A DNA stretch of 64,000 bases from a virus (Duplodnaviria; Caudoviricetes), in the IMG/VR virus record IMGVR_UViG_3300032308_001355, positions 369 through 64,368 of that record. One strand, given 5' to 3'. This document shows positions 1-7,458 of the stretch, piece by piece. Below the pieces are notes generated by a model. The model saw only the letters and a list, made by a program, of their open reading frames with translations, had not been told where the DNA came from and made no database searches. The first letter of the stretch is position 1. Each line of letters begins with the position of its first letter. Position numbers and translations under genes: made by a program.

Positions 1-25
1 GATGAAACAAGATAGTTGTTCATTT

Positions 26-259
26 TTACCTCATATCCATATTGCGTTTTTGACGGTTTAATAAATCGCTAGCCTGTTCCGATACATTATAACGTCCATA
101 AGATGGTCTTGGACCGTCATACTGACCGTGATGTATTACTCTAAACTCATTTAATCTACTTCGTTTAGCTTTTAATTCTGTTGGCTTTTTCTTAGCATTT
201 GGGTGGCCCTCACCTAGCGCTCGTTGTGCGCGGGTGCGCCCTACTGCTGGGTCATTCAT
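26..259 (-). CDS. small basic hypothetical protein
   Basis: 77 aa ORF, co-oriented with neighbouring minus-strand genes. Confidence 0.5.
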   Translation of the reverse strand: MNDPAVGRTRAQRALGEGHPNAKKKPTELKAKRSRLNEFRVIHHGQYDGPRPSYGRYNVSEQASDLLNRQKRNMDMR

Positions 260-344
260 TTAGGCTCACATGAGCATGGGCATGCTGCTTGATTGCAAAG
301 ACCGTAGTCCATTGTATGGTCGCACTTCTTACAAACATTTTCCA

Positions 345-554
345 TTACTTATCTTCTCTAATAACTGAATCCCAGTGGCGGTCCATCTCATCAGAACTAT
401 CTGTATCTAATTTAATTGGGACGCTCTTTCCAGTGCGCTCTTTAATTACACGGCTTGCGCTTAAATCTAAAACATTATCAAACTGACCTTCGGTGCGCTT
501 ACCTAATCCGCGGTGCGCAGGATGGTTTGGTCCAGGTGTACCCATATCGTCCAT
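345..554 (-). CDS. hypothetical protein
   Basis: 69 aa ORF with GAGGAG RBS upstream. Confidence 0.6.
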   Translation of the reverse strand: MDDMGTPGPNHPAHRGLGKRTEGQFDNVLDLSASRVIKERTGKSVPIKLDTDSSDEMDRHWDSVIREDK

Positions 555-569
555 AGATATTATTCTCCT

Positions 570-797
570 CTATTTTGGTGGAAGTGAAAGCATATAAGCT
601 TTGTACGCCGCCGATAGAAGCGGTATTAAAGTATCTTTTTTCTCGAAGTGGCGCGCCTCAATGTGTTGTAACCATTTAGTAGCATTAAAGGTTCCGTGCG
701 CACAACCATTATTAACGTCAGCCCAGCAGAGGTTGGCAAAATAGCCTATGCGGCTAGATTCATCCATTTGCTCCCAGAGCCATGTTGAGAAGTGCAT
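570..797 (-). CDS. YozE SAM-like domain protein
   Basis: F-x-x-WL...IG.FA....D pattern and helical C-terminus resembling YozE-like proteins. Confidence 0.5.
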   Translation of the reverse strand: MHFSTWLWEQMDESSRIGYFANLCWADVNNGCAHGTFNATKWLQHIEARHFEKKDTLIPLLSAAYKAYMLSLPPK

Positions 798-870
798 GGC
801 AGAAAGTATGCCACTTTGACGAAAAAATTATGGCGCTAACGATTTCTTCAGTACACCATCTTTGCGCTTG

Positions 871-1077
871 TTACTCTGCTCTCCAATGGAGGTAGGAACG
901 GATATATACAATTGCGTAGGCTAGGGCAGAGAAGATAAAGCCATATTGTGCGGTTATTATGGCGTAGGTAATCCATAGTATTTCATTGAATAGTAGGACC
1001 ATCCAGCCCCAGATTGTTTTGCGCCCGACAAAGTAGATGCCAGTTACACCGATTATTGCTAATACCCAGGACCACAT
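871..1077 (-). CDS. PnuC-like small membrane protein
   Basis: three hydrophobic segments, K.IWGW...NEILW..Y.....QYG pattern. Confidence 0.6.
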   Translation of the reverse strand: MWSWVLAIIGVTGIYFVGRKTIWGWMVLLFNEILWITYAIITAQYGFIFSALAYAIVYIRSYLHWRAE

Positions 1078-1413
1078 TTAGCGTCCGTAATCATCTGATA
1101 GGCGTTCGATGTCATCTTCACCAAAGTAAGTTCCTGTTTGGACCTCGGAGAATATCAACGCGCTTGTGCCAATGTTCTCAATGCGGTGGGTCGAACCAGC
1201 TGGAATGTCATAGACCGCCCCTGCAAGGCCGTAAGAGTCCACACCGTCAATGGTGACCTTGGACTCGCCTTCAATAATGAACCAGTGCTCTGAGCGCTTC
1301 TGGTGGCGTTGTAGTGATAAGCGCGAAGATGGATTAACAGTAATTATCTTAATTTTGTAATTATCTGCTTCAGCTAGGGTTTGATAGCTCCCCCATGGGC
1401 GAGACTCACTCAA
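1078..1413 (-). CDS. mannose-6-phosphate isomerase type II cupin (ManC C-terminal-like)
   Basis: RPWGSY, LSLQRHQKRSEHW, HRIEN, EVQTGTYFGEDDIERLSDDYGR signatures. Confidence 0.9.
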   Translation of the reverse strand: MSESRPWGSYQTLAEADNYKIKIITVNPSSRLSLQRHQKRSEHWFIIEGESKVTIDGVDSYGLAGAVYDIPAGSTHRIENIGTSALIFSEVQTGTYFGEDDIERLSDDYGR

Positions 1414-1540
1414 GATTATCGGCCGCCCACTCTTTCCACTCTACATTAAGCTCGGCTATATCAATTGTTCCTTCATAGCCCATTTCGTGTAGATACTCAA
1501 TGAAGTCATCATCTGCTACTAATACTGGTAAATTTTCCAT
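1406..1540 (-). CDS. small acidic hypothetical protein (44 aa, not in ORF track)
   Basis: MENLPVLVADDDFIEYLHEMGYEG...; fills the gap between tRNA and cupin gene. Confidence 0.55.
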   Translation of the reverse strand: MENLPVLVADDDFIEYLHEMGYEGTIDIAELNVEWKEWAADNLE

Positions 1541-1573
1541 AAGCGCATCATAGCAGCTCGTGAGAGCTCATTG

Positions 1574-1644
1574 CTCCCCACCGTGGATTCGAACCACGAT
1601 TCTTGGTGCCAAAAACCAATGTCCTGCCGTTGGACGAATGGGGA
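1574..1644 (-). tRNA. tRNA-Gln(UUG)
   Basis: acceptor TCCCCAT/GTGGGGA, anticodon stem TTGGT/ACCAA with loop TTTTGGC, T-loop GTTCGAATC; CCA not encoded. Confidence 0.93.
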
Positions 1645-1648
1645 TTGT

Positions 1649-1792
1649 TTACTTACAGGAGTTACAGTAGTTACCAACCCGAAGGTTTTCTACCGCAGTC
1701 ACATAGACTTTACCGCAATGTACGCAGGTGACATCGGTCTTGTGAATCTTCCGCTCAGGGGCGCGACGTAGTTCCAATCCAAAGGCAATCAT
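1649..1792 (-). CDS. zinc-ribbon microprotein (47 aa, not in ORF track)
   Basis: MIAFGLELRRAPERKIHKTDVTCVHCGKVY...YCNSCK; two CxxC. Confidence 0.65.
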   Translation of the reverse strand: MIAFGLELRRAPERKIHKTDVTCVHCGKVYVTAVENLRVGNYCNSCK

Positions 1793-1798
1793 AGATTA

Positions 1799-1826
1799 AG
1801 TATATCTTAGGCTACTGCCTTGTCAA
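1799..1826 (-). promoter_or_regulatory. sigma70/SigA-type promoter, leaderless
   Basis: TTGACA-16-TATACT, then 6 nt to the ATG at 1792. Confidence 0.75.
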
Positions 1827-1890
1827 TATAGGCAAATGTTGTCCATGAAGCCTGGTAGGCACCTTGTGGGGGTGGGGCTTTAAGGGTGGG

Positions 1891-1939
1891 GGGTTGTTAT
1901 AAATGAGGCTTGACACTGAGTTGCGTTACCCCCTAGAGT
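1891..1939 (+). promoter_or_regulatory. early promoter 1 with GGGTTGTTATA box
   Basis: GGGTTGTTATAAA-6-TTGACA-18-TAGAGT. Confidence 0.8.
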
Positions 1940-1981
1940 AAGCCTTGTTAGTAACCGCTAACACTTATGAAGGGAAATTAA

Positions 1982-2203
1982 ATGTTAAGTCTAGATGAGG
2001 TCAAGGATAAGTACGGCGAGCAAGCCTTTATTCAGTTGACCGATAACACACCTTGTTCTATGTGTAACGGTACTGTTCACCCTATCTTCGAGCGCGTAGC
2101 CCTTAACGGTTGCGAGCGTTGCGAGCGCGAGAACAGCCCACATGCACCTTCACACTTTCGCTGTAATCATGGTGCGCATTGCACCCGCGATAGTTGCTGG
2201 TAA
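1982..2203 (+). CDS. Cys/His-rich zinc-binding hypothetical protein
   Basis: CxxC x2 plus H/C-rich tail; RBS GAAGGGA. Confidence 0.7.
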   Translation: MLSLDEVKDKYGEQAFIQLTDNTPCSMCNGTVHPIFERVALNGCERCERENSPHAPSHFRCNHGAHCTRDSCW

Positions 2204-2214
2204 GGGGGCGCGAA

Positions 2215-2394
2215 ATGATGTTCTATAACGGGTTCAACCTAATGATTGACCTAATTATCGCAGGACTAGTATTCTACTTTACACGTCGCACTAGTTGGTG
2301 GCAGGGGTACCGCGCAGGTATCGAGGATACTAACGAGTATGCCGAGCGCGCTGGCGATTACTGGCTAGAACAGGAGCGCGAGCGTGAACACTAA
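2215..2394 (+). CDS. small single-pass membrane protein
   Basis: TM segment then GYRAG motif; start moved to the ATG after RBS AAGGGGG. Confidence 0.65.
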   Translation: MMFYNGFNLMIDLIIAGLVFYFTRRTSWWQGYRAGIEDTNEYAERAGDYWLEQEREREH

Positions 2395-2584
2395 GGAAAT
2401 ACGCAACATAATAAGGCTAGCAATAAAGCGCGGATACACCGTAGAAGTACGCAACAACGGACACTACAAGTTCACCGCACCTAGTGGGAAGTTCTTTTTT
2501 ACTAGTAGCACTCCTAGCGATAGGCGCGCACTAGATAACATACTGGCAGACATGAAACGCGCAGAAAAGGAGGATAACAAGTGA
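2384..2584 (+). CDS. HicA-like toxin-fold protein
   Basis: helix-GYTVEVRNNGHYKF..PSG...TPSD pattern typical of phage HicA-like proteins. Confidence 0.65.
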   Translation: MNTKEIRNIIRLAIKRGYTVEVRNNGHYKFTAPSGKFFFTSSTPSDRRALDNILADMKRAEKEDNK

Positions 2585-2814
2585 TAGCAACAATTCATGA
2601 ACGCATTACAAATAATAGGGTTAATAAGTGCATGGCGAGCAAACCTCACTCTTCAACAGGCGGACGGCTTATCTGTGAACTACTTCATGGTACGCGCCCG
2701 AAGTACCGCACCTCATACTTTATCTTCGACATGGTTCTAGAGATGATTACCAAGCCTAACAAGGCGCGCCAATACTGGAACGAAATGATTACCACGCTAC
2801 GGGATAAGCATTAA
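2581..2814 (+). CDS. hypothetical protein
   Basis: RBS AGGAGG, GTGA overlap with upstream gene. Confidence 0.6.
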   Translation: MIATIHERITNNRVNKCMASKPHSSTGGRLICELLHGTRPKYRTSYFIFDMVLEMITKPNKARQYWNEMITTLRDKH

Positions 2815-2843
2815 CAACCTCAACCCTTCCGAGGTTGTTACTA

Positions 2844-2880
2844 GGGGAGCCAGTTGGTTACTGGCTCCCCGCTTTACTTT
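2844..2880 (+). terminator. intrinsic terminator
   Basis: GGGGAGCCAGT-loop-ACTGGCTCCCC followed by T-rich tail. Confidence 0.75.
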
Positions 2881-2965
2881 ACTCCCTTATACGGCATTGG
2901 GTTAGGCATCAACACAAACATTAGAACGGCATAGGGACTGGCAAAAGAACCCCAAGAAAAAGAGA

Positions 2966-3013
2966 GGGTTGTTATAAACGAGACTAGACACGCAAGGTTG
3001 ATAAGGTTATTGT
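2966..3013 (+). promoter_or_regulatory. early promoter 2 with box
   Basis: GGGTTGTTATAAA-6-TAGACA-17-TATTGT. Confidence 0.75.
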
Positions 3014-3047
3014 TTAATTAGTGGAAATACCACAAGGAAAGGGAAAC

Positions 3048-3188
3048 ATGGAAACATGTGAAATGTGCGGTTCAGTAGGGGCAGTGACCTACCTACCTTA
3101 CCAGTACGATAACGGCGAGCAATTCCGCGCCCATGTATGCGGAGTATGCGCTATTCAACACGCTATCCTGATAGGGGCTAAGAAATGA
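3048..3188 (+). CDS. zinc-finger microprotein (46 aa, not in ORF track)
   Basis: METCEMCG...HVCGVC; RBS GAAAGGGA. Confidence 0.65.
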   Translation: METCEMCGSVGAVTYLPYQYDNGEQFRAHVCGVCAIQHAILIGAKK

Positions 3189-3352
3189 CCACTATCCACG
3201 CTGGCGACCACACCACGGATTGTGGAATATGCGAGCAGAACGCGCGCATTAAACAGAACATGGAGGATAGTCTCGATGATGTATTAGAATCGGGCGATTC
3301 TCAAGCTTTTCAAGATATATTCGAGGACCGCGACCCATTCGAATTTATCTAG
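3185..3352 (+). CDS. acidic microprotein (55 aa, not in ORF track)
   Basis: MTTIHAGDHTTDCGICEQ...FEDRDPFEFI; ATGA overlap. Confidence 0.6.
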   Translation: MTTIHAGDHTTDCGICEQNARIKQNMEDSLDDVLESGDSQAFQDIFEDRDPFEFI

Positions 3353-3357
3353 GAGGG

Positions 3358-3380
3358 AGCCCCGAAAGGGGCTTTCTTTC
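3358..3380 (+). terminator. intrinsic terminator
   Basis: AGCCCC-GAAA-GGGGCT-TTCTTT. Confidence 0.8.
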
Positions 3381-3479
3381 TATTCCCCTATAGGTGAGAA
3401 TGGGGAGGTGGGTCAACACAAACATTCGGCATTAGGGTATTAGGCAAACGAGCCCACGAACGAACAAGAGAGCGCGTGA

Positions 3480-3527
3480 GGGTTGTTATAAATGGGGCTT
3501 GACACGATTGCTTTATAATAGTTAAAT
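3480..3527 (+). promoter_or_regulatory. early promoter 3 with box
   Basis: GGGTTGTTATAAA-6-TTGACA; -10 ambiguous. Confidence 0.65.
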
Positions 3528-3567
3528 AGGACTTACAACGAACAGCCTACCGAAAGGGGCAAAAGAA

Positions 3568-3741
3568 ATGACAAGGAAGCATTACCGCGCAACGGCAGAA
3601 ATTCTGTCTATCTCTAAAAACGCAATGGCACCCGAGGAATACTCTTTCCTCGTTGATAAATTCGCTTACATGTTTAAATTGGATAACCCACGCTTTAACC
3701 GCGATAAATTCCGCGAGGCTTGCGGGGTGGCTAATGTCTAG
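3568..3741 (+). CDS. small phage protein with DNPRF motif (57 aa, not in ORF track)
   Basis: MTRKHYRATAEIL...DNPRFNRDKFREAC; RBS GAAAGGGG. Confidence 0.75.
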   Translation: MTRKHYRATAEILSISKNAMAPEEYSFLVDKFAYMFKLDNPRFNRDKFREACGVANV

Positions 3742-3865
3742 TTACTTCCCGCCCGTAAGTGGCATTCTTCAATCCGTCCCTAATCCTGTTAAAACTATCA
3801 AGTGCTCCGAGTGCTTTAAGCCACTAGGGCAAGACGATGCCTACGGGCACGATTGCGAGGTGTAA
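3734..3865 (+). CDS. zinc-binding microprotein
   Basis: CSEC...HDCE; start moved to the overlapping ATG. Confidence 0.6.
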   Translation: MSSYFPPVSGILQSVPNPVKTIKCSECFKPLGQDDAYGHDCEV

Positions 3866-4074
3866 CATGTGAGCGGACTTGCTCCGAAAGGCTCCGAAAG
3901 GAGGCGTCCTACAGCTGACTGTAGGTGTGGGCTCACACATCATGGGACCTTGGCCGCCAGATTTACCTGGCGGCCTTGCTATTTCTGGAGATGTTTGTGT
4001 TGGTGGCTGATGTAGTTTAATTGGAAAAGGCATTGGAACAATCTTTGATTGTTCCAACACAAACATGCGGCGAG

Positions 4075-4107
4075 TTATCCACAGGTTTATCCACAGCCTG
4101 TGGACAG
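4075..4107. promoter_or_regulatory. cluster of three DnaA boxes
   Basis: TTATCCACA at 4075 and 4087 (perfect), inverted TGTGGACAG at 4099. Confidence 0.8.
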
Positions 4108-4108
4108 A

Positions 4109-4156
4109 GGGTTGTTATAAAAGATACTAGGGCTATTGGGGAAGAGATGTTAGTCT
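4109..4156 (+). promoter_or_regulatory. early promoter 4 with box
   Basis: GGGTTGTTATAAA-6-weak -35-17-extended -10 TGnTAGTCT. Confidence 0.6.
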
Positions 4157-4202
4157 TATCCCGTAAGCGCAACAAGGCGCTTGCATAAGAGAAGGGTAAG
4201 TC

Positions 4203-5207
4203 ATGGCTCATAATCTTGAGACCTACGGCTCACAGGTAGCGTTCGCGTTACGTGGCGAGCCTGCATGGCATGGGCTCGCGGACACATTGTTCGACGAATC
4301 CGCACATGTTACTACGCAAGACATGCTAGATTCTGCTCACCTCTCCAATTGGAATGTTTCATTGGAGCAGGTACAAGTACCAGCAGGCTATCGCACAGTA
4401 TCGGATGCGTTTATGGTTACACGCACAAATCCATTTGACAATGGAACAGATGTTCTCGCAATGGTCGGTGACCGTTACAAGGTATATCAGAATGAGGAAT
4501 TGTTCTCATTCGGAGATAACCTTACAGATGGTGGCGCGACATGGGAATCTGCAGGCTCAATCAAGAATGGGCGCCAAGTATTCGGCTCCCTATCGGTACC
4601 ACGTGAGTTTATTCTAGACCCACAAGGTATTGCAGATAAGACTAAGACTTATCTACTCGTTACCTCTTCACACGATGGTAGCGCTAGCATCCAAGCGTGT
4701 ATCACTCCCGTTCGCGTAGTCTGCCAAAACACTCTCAACATGGCTCTACAGGGCACAAAGCAGACTTTCAAAGTCCGCCACACTCAAAAAGCAGATGGAC
4801 GTGTTGCAGAAGCACAGCGCGTACTAGGCTTAACAAATACTCACATGGATGAATTCGAGAAGATGGCGCAAGAATTATTTGCCACTTCAATCACCAATGC
4901 ACACTTCGACAAGATAGTTGAGGCTCTTTATCCTGCTCCAGTAGATGGCGCTAAGGGCGCAATCACTATGCACTCAAACAAGGTAGACCTTATTAAGGCT
5001 ATCTACCTAAACTCCCCTACTCAAACAGGTATCACAGGTACCGCATGGGGCGCGCTCAATGCACTAACTGAGCGCATAGATTACTTCCGCAATCCTCGCG
5101 GGGGTAATATTGAAGGTGTAGCATCCGCTGCATCAGGTTTCGAGGCAGGCGTTAATGCCGAGAAGGCTCGCATACTCTCAGCAGTACGCGAACTAGCAGT
5201 AGCATAG
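4203..5207 (+). CDS. DUF932 / phage-plasmid-like protein (TIGR03299-like)
   Basis: PAWHGL, Y..YQN, ESAGS, SHDGS, TPVRVVCQNTL, GTAWGALNA motifs. Confidence 0.9.
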   Translation: MAHNLETYGSQVAFALRGEPAWHGLADTLFDESAHVTTQDMLDSAHLSNWNVSLEQVQVPAGYRTVSDAFMVTRTNPFDNGTDVLAMVGDRYKVYQNEELFSFGDNLTDGGATWESAGSIKNGRQVFGSLSVPREFILDPQGIADKTKTYLLVTSSHDGSASIQACITPVRVVCQNTLNMALQGTKQTFKVRHTQKADGRVAEAQRVLGLTNTHMDEFEKMAQELFATSITNAHFDKIVEALYPAPVDGAKGAITMHSNKVDLIKAIYLNSPTQTGITGTAWGALNALTERIDYFRNPRGGNIEGVASAASGFEAGVNAEKARILSAVRELAVA

Positions 5208-5213
5208 GCGGAC

Positions 5214-5235
5214 GGGGGCGGAGCAATCCGCCCCC
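5214..5235 (+). terminator. terminator-like hairpin
   Basis: GGGGGCGGA-GCAA-TCCGCCCCC just after the stop; weak U tail. Confidence 0.65.
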
Positions 5236-5364
5236 TAAGTCGCACTATATCAGCCGCGGGCAAAAGTTTGTGTTGGTGGGTGGCTGGCGTAGTGGCGTTT
5301 CTTAATATAAGTTATAAAGGCTTGGACAAATGTTTCACATTTGTCCAACACAAACATCGGGCGA

Positions 5365-5437
5365 GGGTTGTTATAAAAGAAATTGACAAAGGGTTGTTAT
5401 AAAGAGTGTTGACAGGGCAAAAGAGTGAGAGTAAGTT
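5365..5437 (+). promoter_or_regulatory. tandem box+TTGACA units, early promoter 5
   Basis: GGGTTGTTATAAA-5-TTGACA twice (5365, 5391); second followed by 17 nt and TAAGTT. Confidence 0.8.
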
Positions 5438-5484
5438 ACGCATTAGTTGAGAGTAACAAGGCTTTCAACGACGAAGGGAACAAA

Positions 5485-5967
5485 GTGTTCACAACCCCCG
5501 ACGGTGTTGCACTATACACCGAAGAAGATATGGCTGAGGCGCGCAATACCGCGACTACTCAGTTTAATGTAGGCGCCGAATACGGCGTACGCAGTACCAC
5601 CAACGACCTACGGACTAAGGCTATTAACTGGTTCCGTGGCGAAGTTCGCTCAGGGTCTATGACCCAAGAAGATGCCCTAGGTATCTACAACGGTCTAGCC
5701 GAAGCACTTGGCTGGGCAACACTTGATAGTATTACTAGCAAGTACACCGTAGTAGTTTCTTTCAACGGCAACATTGTCGCTGAATTCGAGGACGTTGAGG
5801 CTGATGATTCAGACTCTGCTGAGGACGAAGTTCGTGGCAATATGGAGGTAGAGGACGTAGAAATCTCCTTTATTATCTCCTACAACAACCAAACAGCCCG
5901 CGAAAGCGCCAACATGACTTGGGACTTCGATGAGGAGTTCGAGTACGAGGCAACAGAACAGGATTAG
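5485..5967 (+). CDS. hypothetical protein with very acidic C-terminus
   Basis: GTG start after RBS GAAGGGAA (the track start overlaps the promoter). Confidence 0.8.
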   Translation: MFTTPDGVALYTEEDMAEARNTATTQFNVGAEYGVRSTTNDLRTKAINWFRGEVRSGSMTQEDALGIYNGLAEALGWATLDSITSKYTVVVSFNGNIVAEFEDVEADDSDSAEDEVRGNMEVEDVEISFIISYNNQTARESANMTWDFDEEFEYEATEQD

Positions 5968-6114
5968 TAGGTTCTCCTAGCAAGGGCAACCCCCTCTTGT
6001 CTAGGACTTACTAGCAGACGACCTACGATAAGGCTAGGAAGTCTTGGTAACGTCGGGTTGGGGCTCATTTCTGGTGAGCCCCACCTCTTAACAACTACAA
6101 GAAAGGCAATAAAA

Positions 6115-6441
6115 ATGGATACAAAGACATACAACCACCGCGTTGCAGTACTAGAAACGCGCCAAATTATTATGGATATTGAAGCACCGAACGATATAGA
6201 TAGTATTAAGGAAGTAGCGCTTAGCGCATACTTTCAAGGTGAAGGCGACCAAGAAGAAGGACTTTCCTACCCTGCTAGCCTTGTTATCTACCCATGGCTT
6301 GAAGAAGGTCAAACTCCGCCAGTTGGAAGCGCATACCCTAACCCTACTGAACTCCCCATTACACCCCTTGATTTCAAAGGCACACCTGACCACGAAGATG
6401 ACGACTCACTCAGCGCGACAATCTATAACTTCCCCAAGTAA
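6115..6441 (+). CDS. acidic hypothetical protein
   Basis: ATG after RBS GAAAGG. Confidence 0.75.
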   Translation: MDTKTYNHRVAVLETRQIIMDIEAPNDIDSIKEVALSAYFQGEGDQEEGLSYPASLVIYPWLEEGQTPPVGSAYPNPTELPITPLDFKGTPDHEDDDSLSATIYNFPK

Positions 6442-6455
6442 CTAAGATTACTAAG

Positions 6456-6492
6456 TAGCCCTATTAGCCCACGTGGTTAGTAGGGCTATTTT
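6456..6492 (+). terminator. intrinsic terminator
   Basis: TAGCCCTATTAGCC/GGTTAGTAGGGCTA stem plus TTTT. Confidence 0.7.
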
Positions 6493-6625
6493 GCGAGCGC
6501 GGACGGCGCGAAAATGTTTGTGTTGACCCACCCACCCAATATATAGATATATATACCCTTTACTTGCTTTGCTTATTCAGCAAATCAGATTGGATAAATG
6601 GAACATTTATCCAACACAAACTCTA

Positions 6626-6672
6626 GGGTTGTTATAATCCGACTTGACTTACTAAAGAGTAACCACTAAGGT
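6626..6672 (+). promoter_or_regulatory. early promoter 6 with box
   Basis: GGGTTGTTATAAT-5-TTGACT-17-TAAGGT. Confidence 0.75.
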
Positions 6673-6873
6673 GCGCGCCTCTCGGAGAGAGTGAGAGCCA
6701 CGTCACACTAGGCTACTGCCGAGAGGTTGCTAGGGCTATCTACGGGTAAGGGCAGACTATTGACTCCTTGCAGGGTTGTTATATATGCTAATTGCGAGAG
6801 AGGAGAGAGAGTGAGAGCATTGGACACTATGCCCGTGTATGACCCCCTATTGGTATCTATATAGGTATCCATA

Positions 6874-6921
6874 GGGTTGTTATATTAAGGATTGGTCGTT
6901 AAGCGCGACTTCGGATACAGT
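6874..6921 (+). promoter_or_regulatory. early promoter 7 with box
   Basis: GGGTTGTTATATT-5-TTGGTC-18-TACAGT. Confidence 0.6.
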
Positions 6922-6960
6922 ACGACCATAACCAACAAGGAAAGAGAAGGAATACAAGAT

Positions 6961-7155
6961 ATGACTAAAGATGAAGCACAGATGATTGCTAAGGCTATCT
7001 CTAACGTAAAAAGCACTACCAAGATAGTTTCAATTCCCTACGACGTACCAAGCGCACTAGCCCTATTAACCCTTGCTATTGCAGACACGCTAGAGAAAAT
7101 AACCCCTGACTTTAACTATTCAGCCTTTCTAGACGAGTGTGAGGACAACGCATGA
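6961..7155 (+). CDS. paralog of 3568..3741 protein
   Basis: MTK...IA.AI...P.FN...F...C pattern; RBS GAAGGA. Confidence 0.7.
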   Translation: MTKDEAQMIAKAISNVKSTTKIVSIPYDVPSALALLTLAIADTLEKITPDFNYSAFLDECEDNA

Positions 7156-7457
7156 TTAAGACACACGCAGAGTTTAAGCGAGCCTTATCTACTAAAGGTA
7201 CTCGTTTGACTACACTAGCCCTAGCAACAGGTATGAAGGAAGGTCGTATTAAGTTAGGCGCGACCCGTCATATCCGCAAGGCTGATACCACAGGCGTATA
7301 TCTAGTCACAGATGAGGAGTTAGATAAGCCTACTAACGGCAGTTTCTTAGGTTTTGATAAGGCTAGTGATTGGAAGTTTGAGGGCGATATTGCCACTAAT
7401 ACTAAGTTTGGATACTCATATCGGGTAGTCCTACCAACAACAGAAGAGGGTAAATAA
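7152..7457 (+). CDS. hypothetical protein
   Basis: 101 aa, ATGA overlap. Confidence 0.75.
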   Translation: MIKTHAEFKRALSTKGTRLTTLALATGMKEGRIKLGATRHIRKADTTGVYLVTDEELDKPTNGSFLGFDKASDWKFEGDIATNTKFGYSYRVVLPTTEEGK

Positions 7458-7458
7458 G

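Noticed and set aside
3514-3519. TATAAT as -10 of promoter 3
   Set aside because: Only 9 bp from TTGACA, so the spacing is incompatible.
5425-5484. Track start of the 180 aa ORF
   Set aside because: It overlaps the predicted -10; the GTG at 5485 has a proper RBS.
3991-6621. Integron attC sites
   Set aside because: No RYYYAAC/GTTRRRY core arrangement, cassettes carry their own promoters, and there is no tyrosine recombinase in the window.
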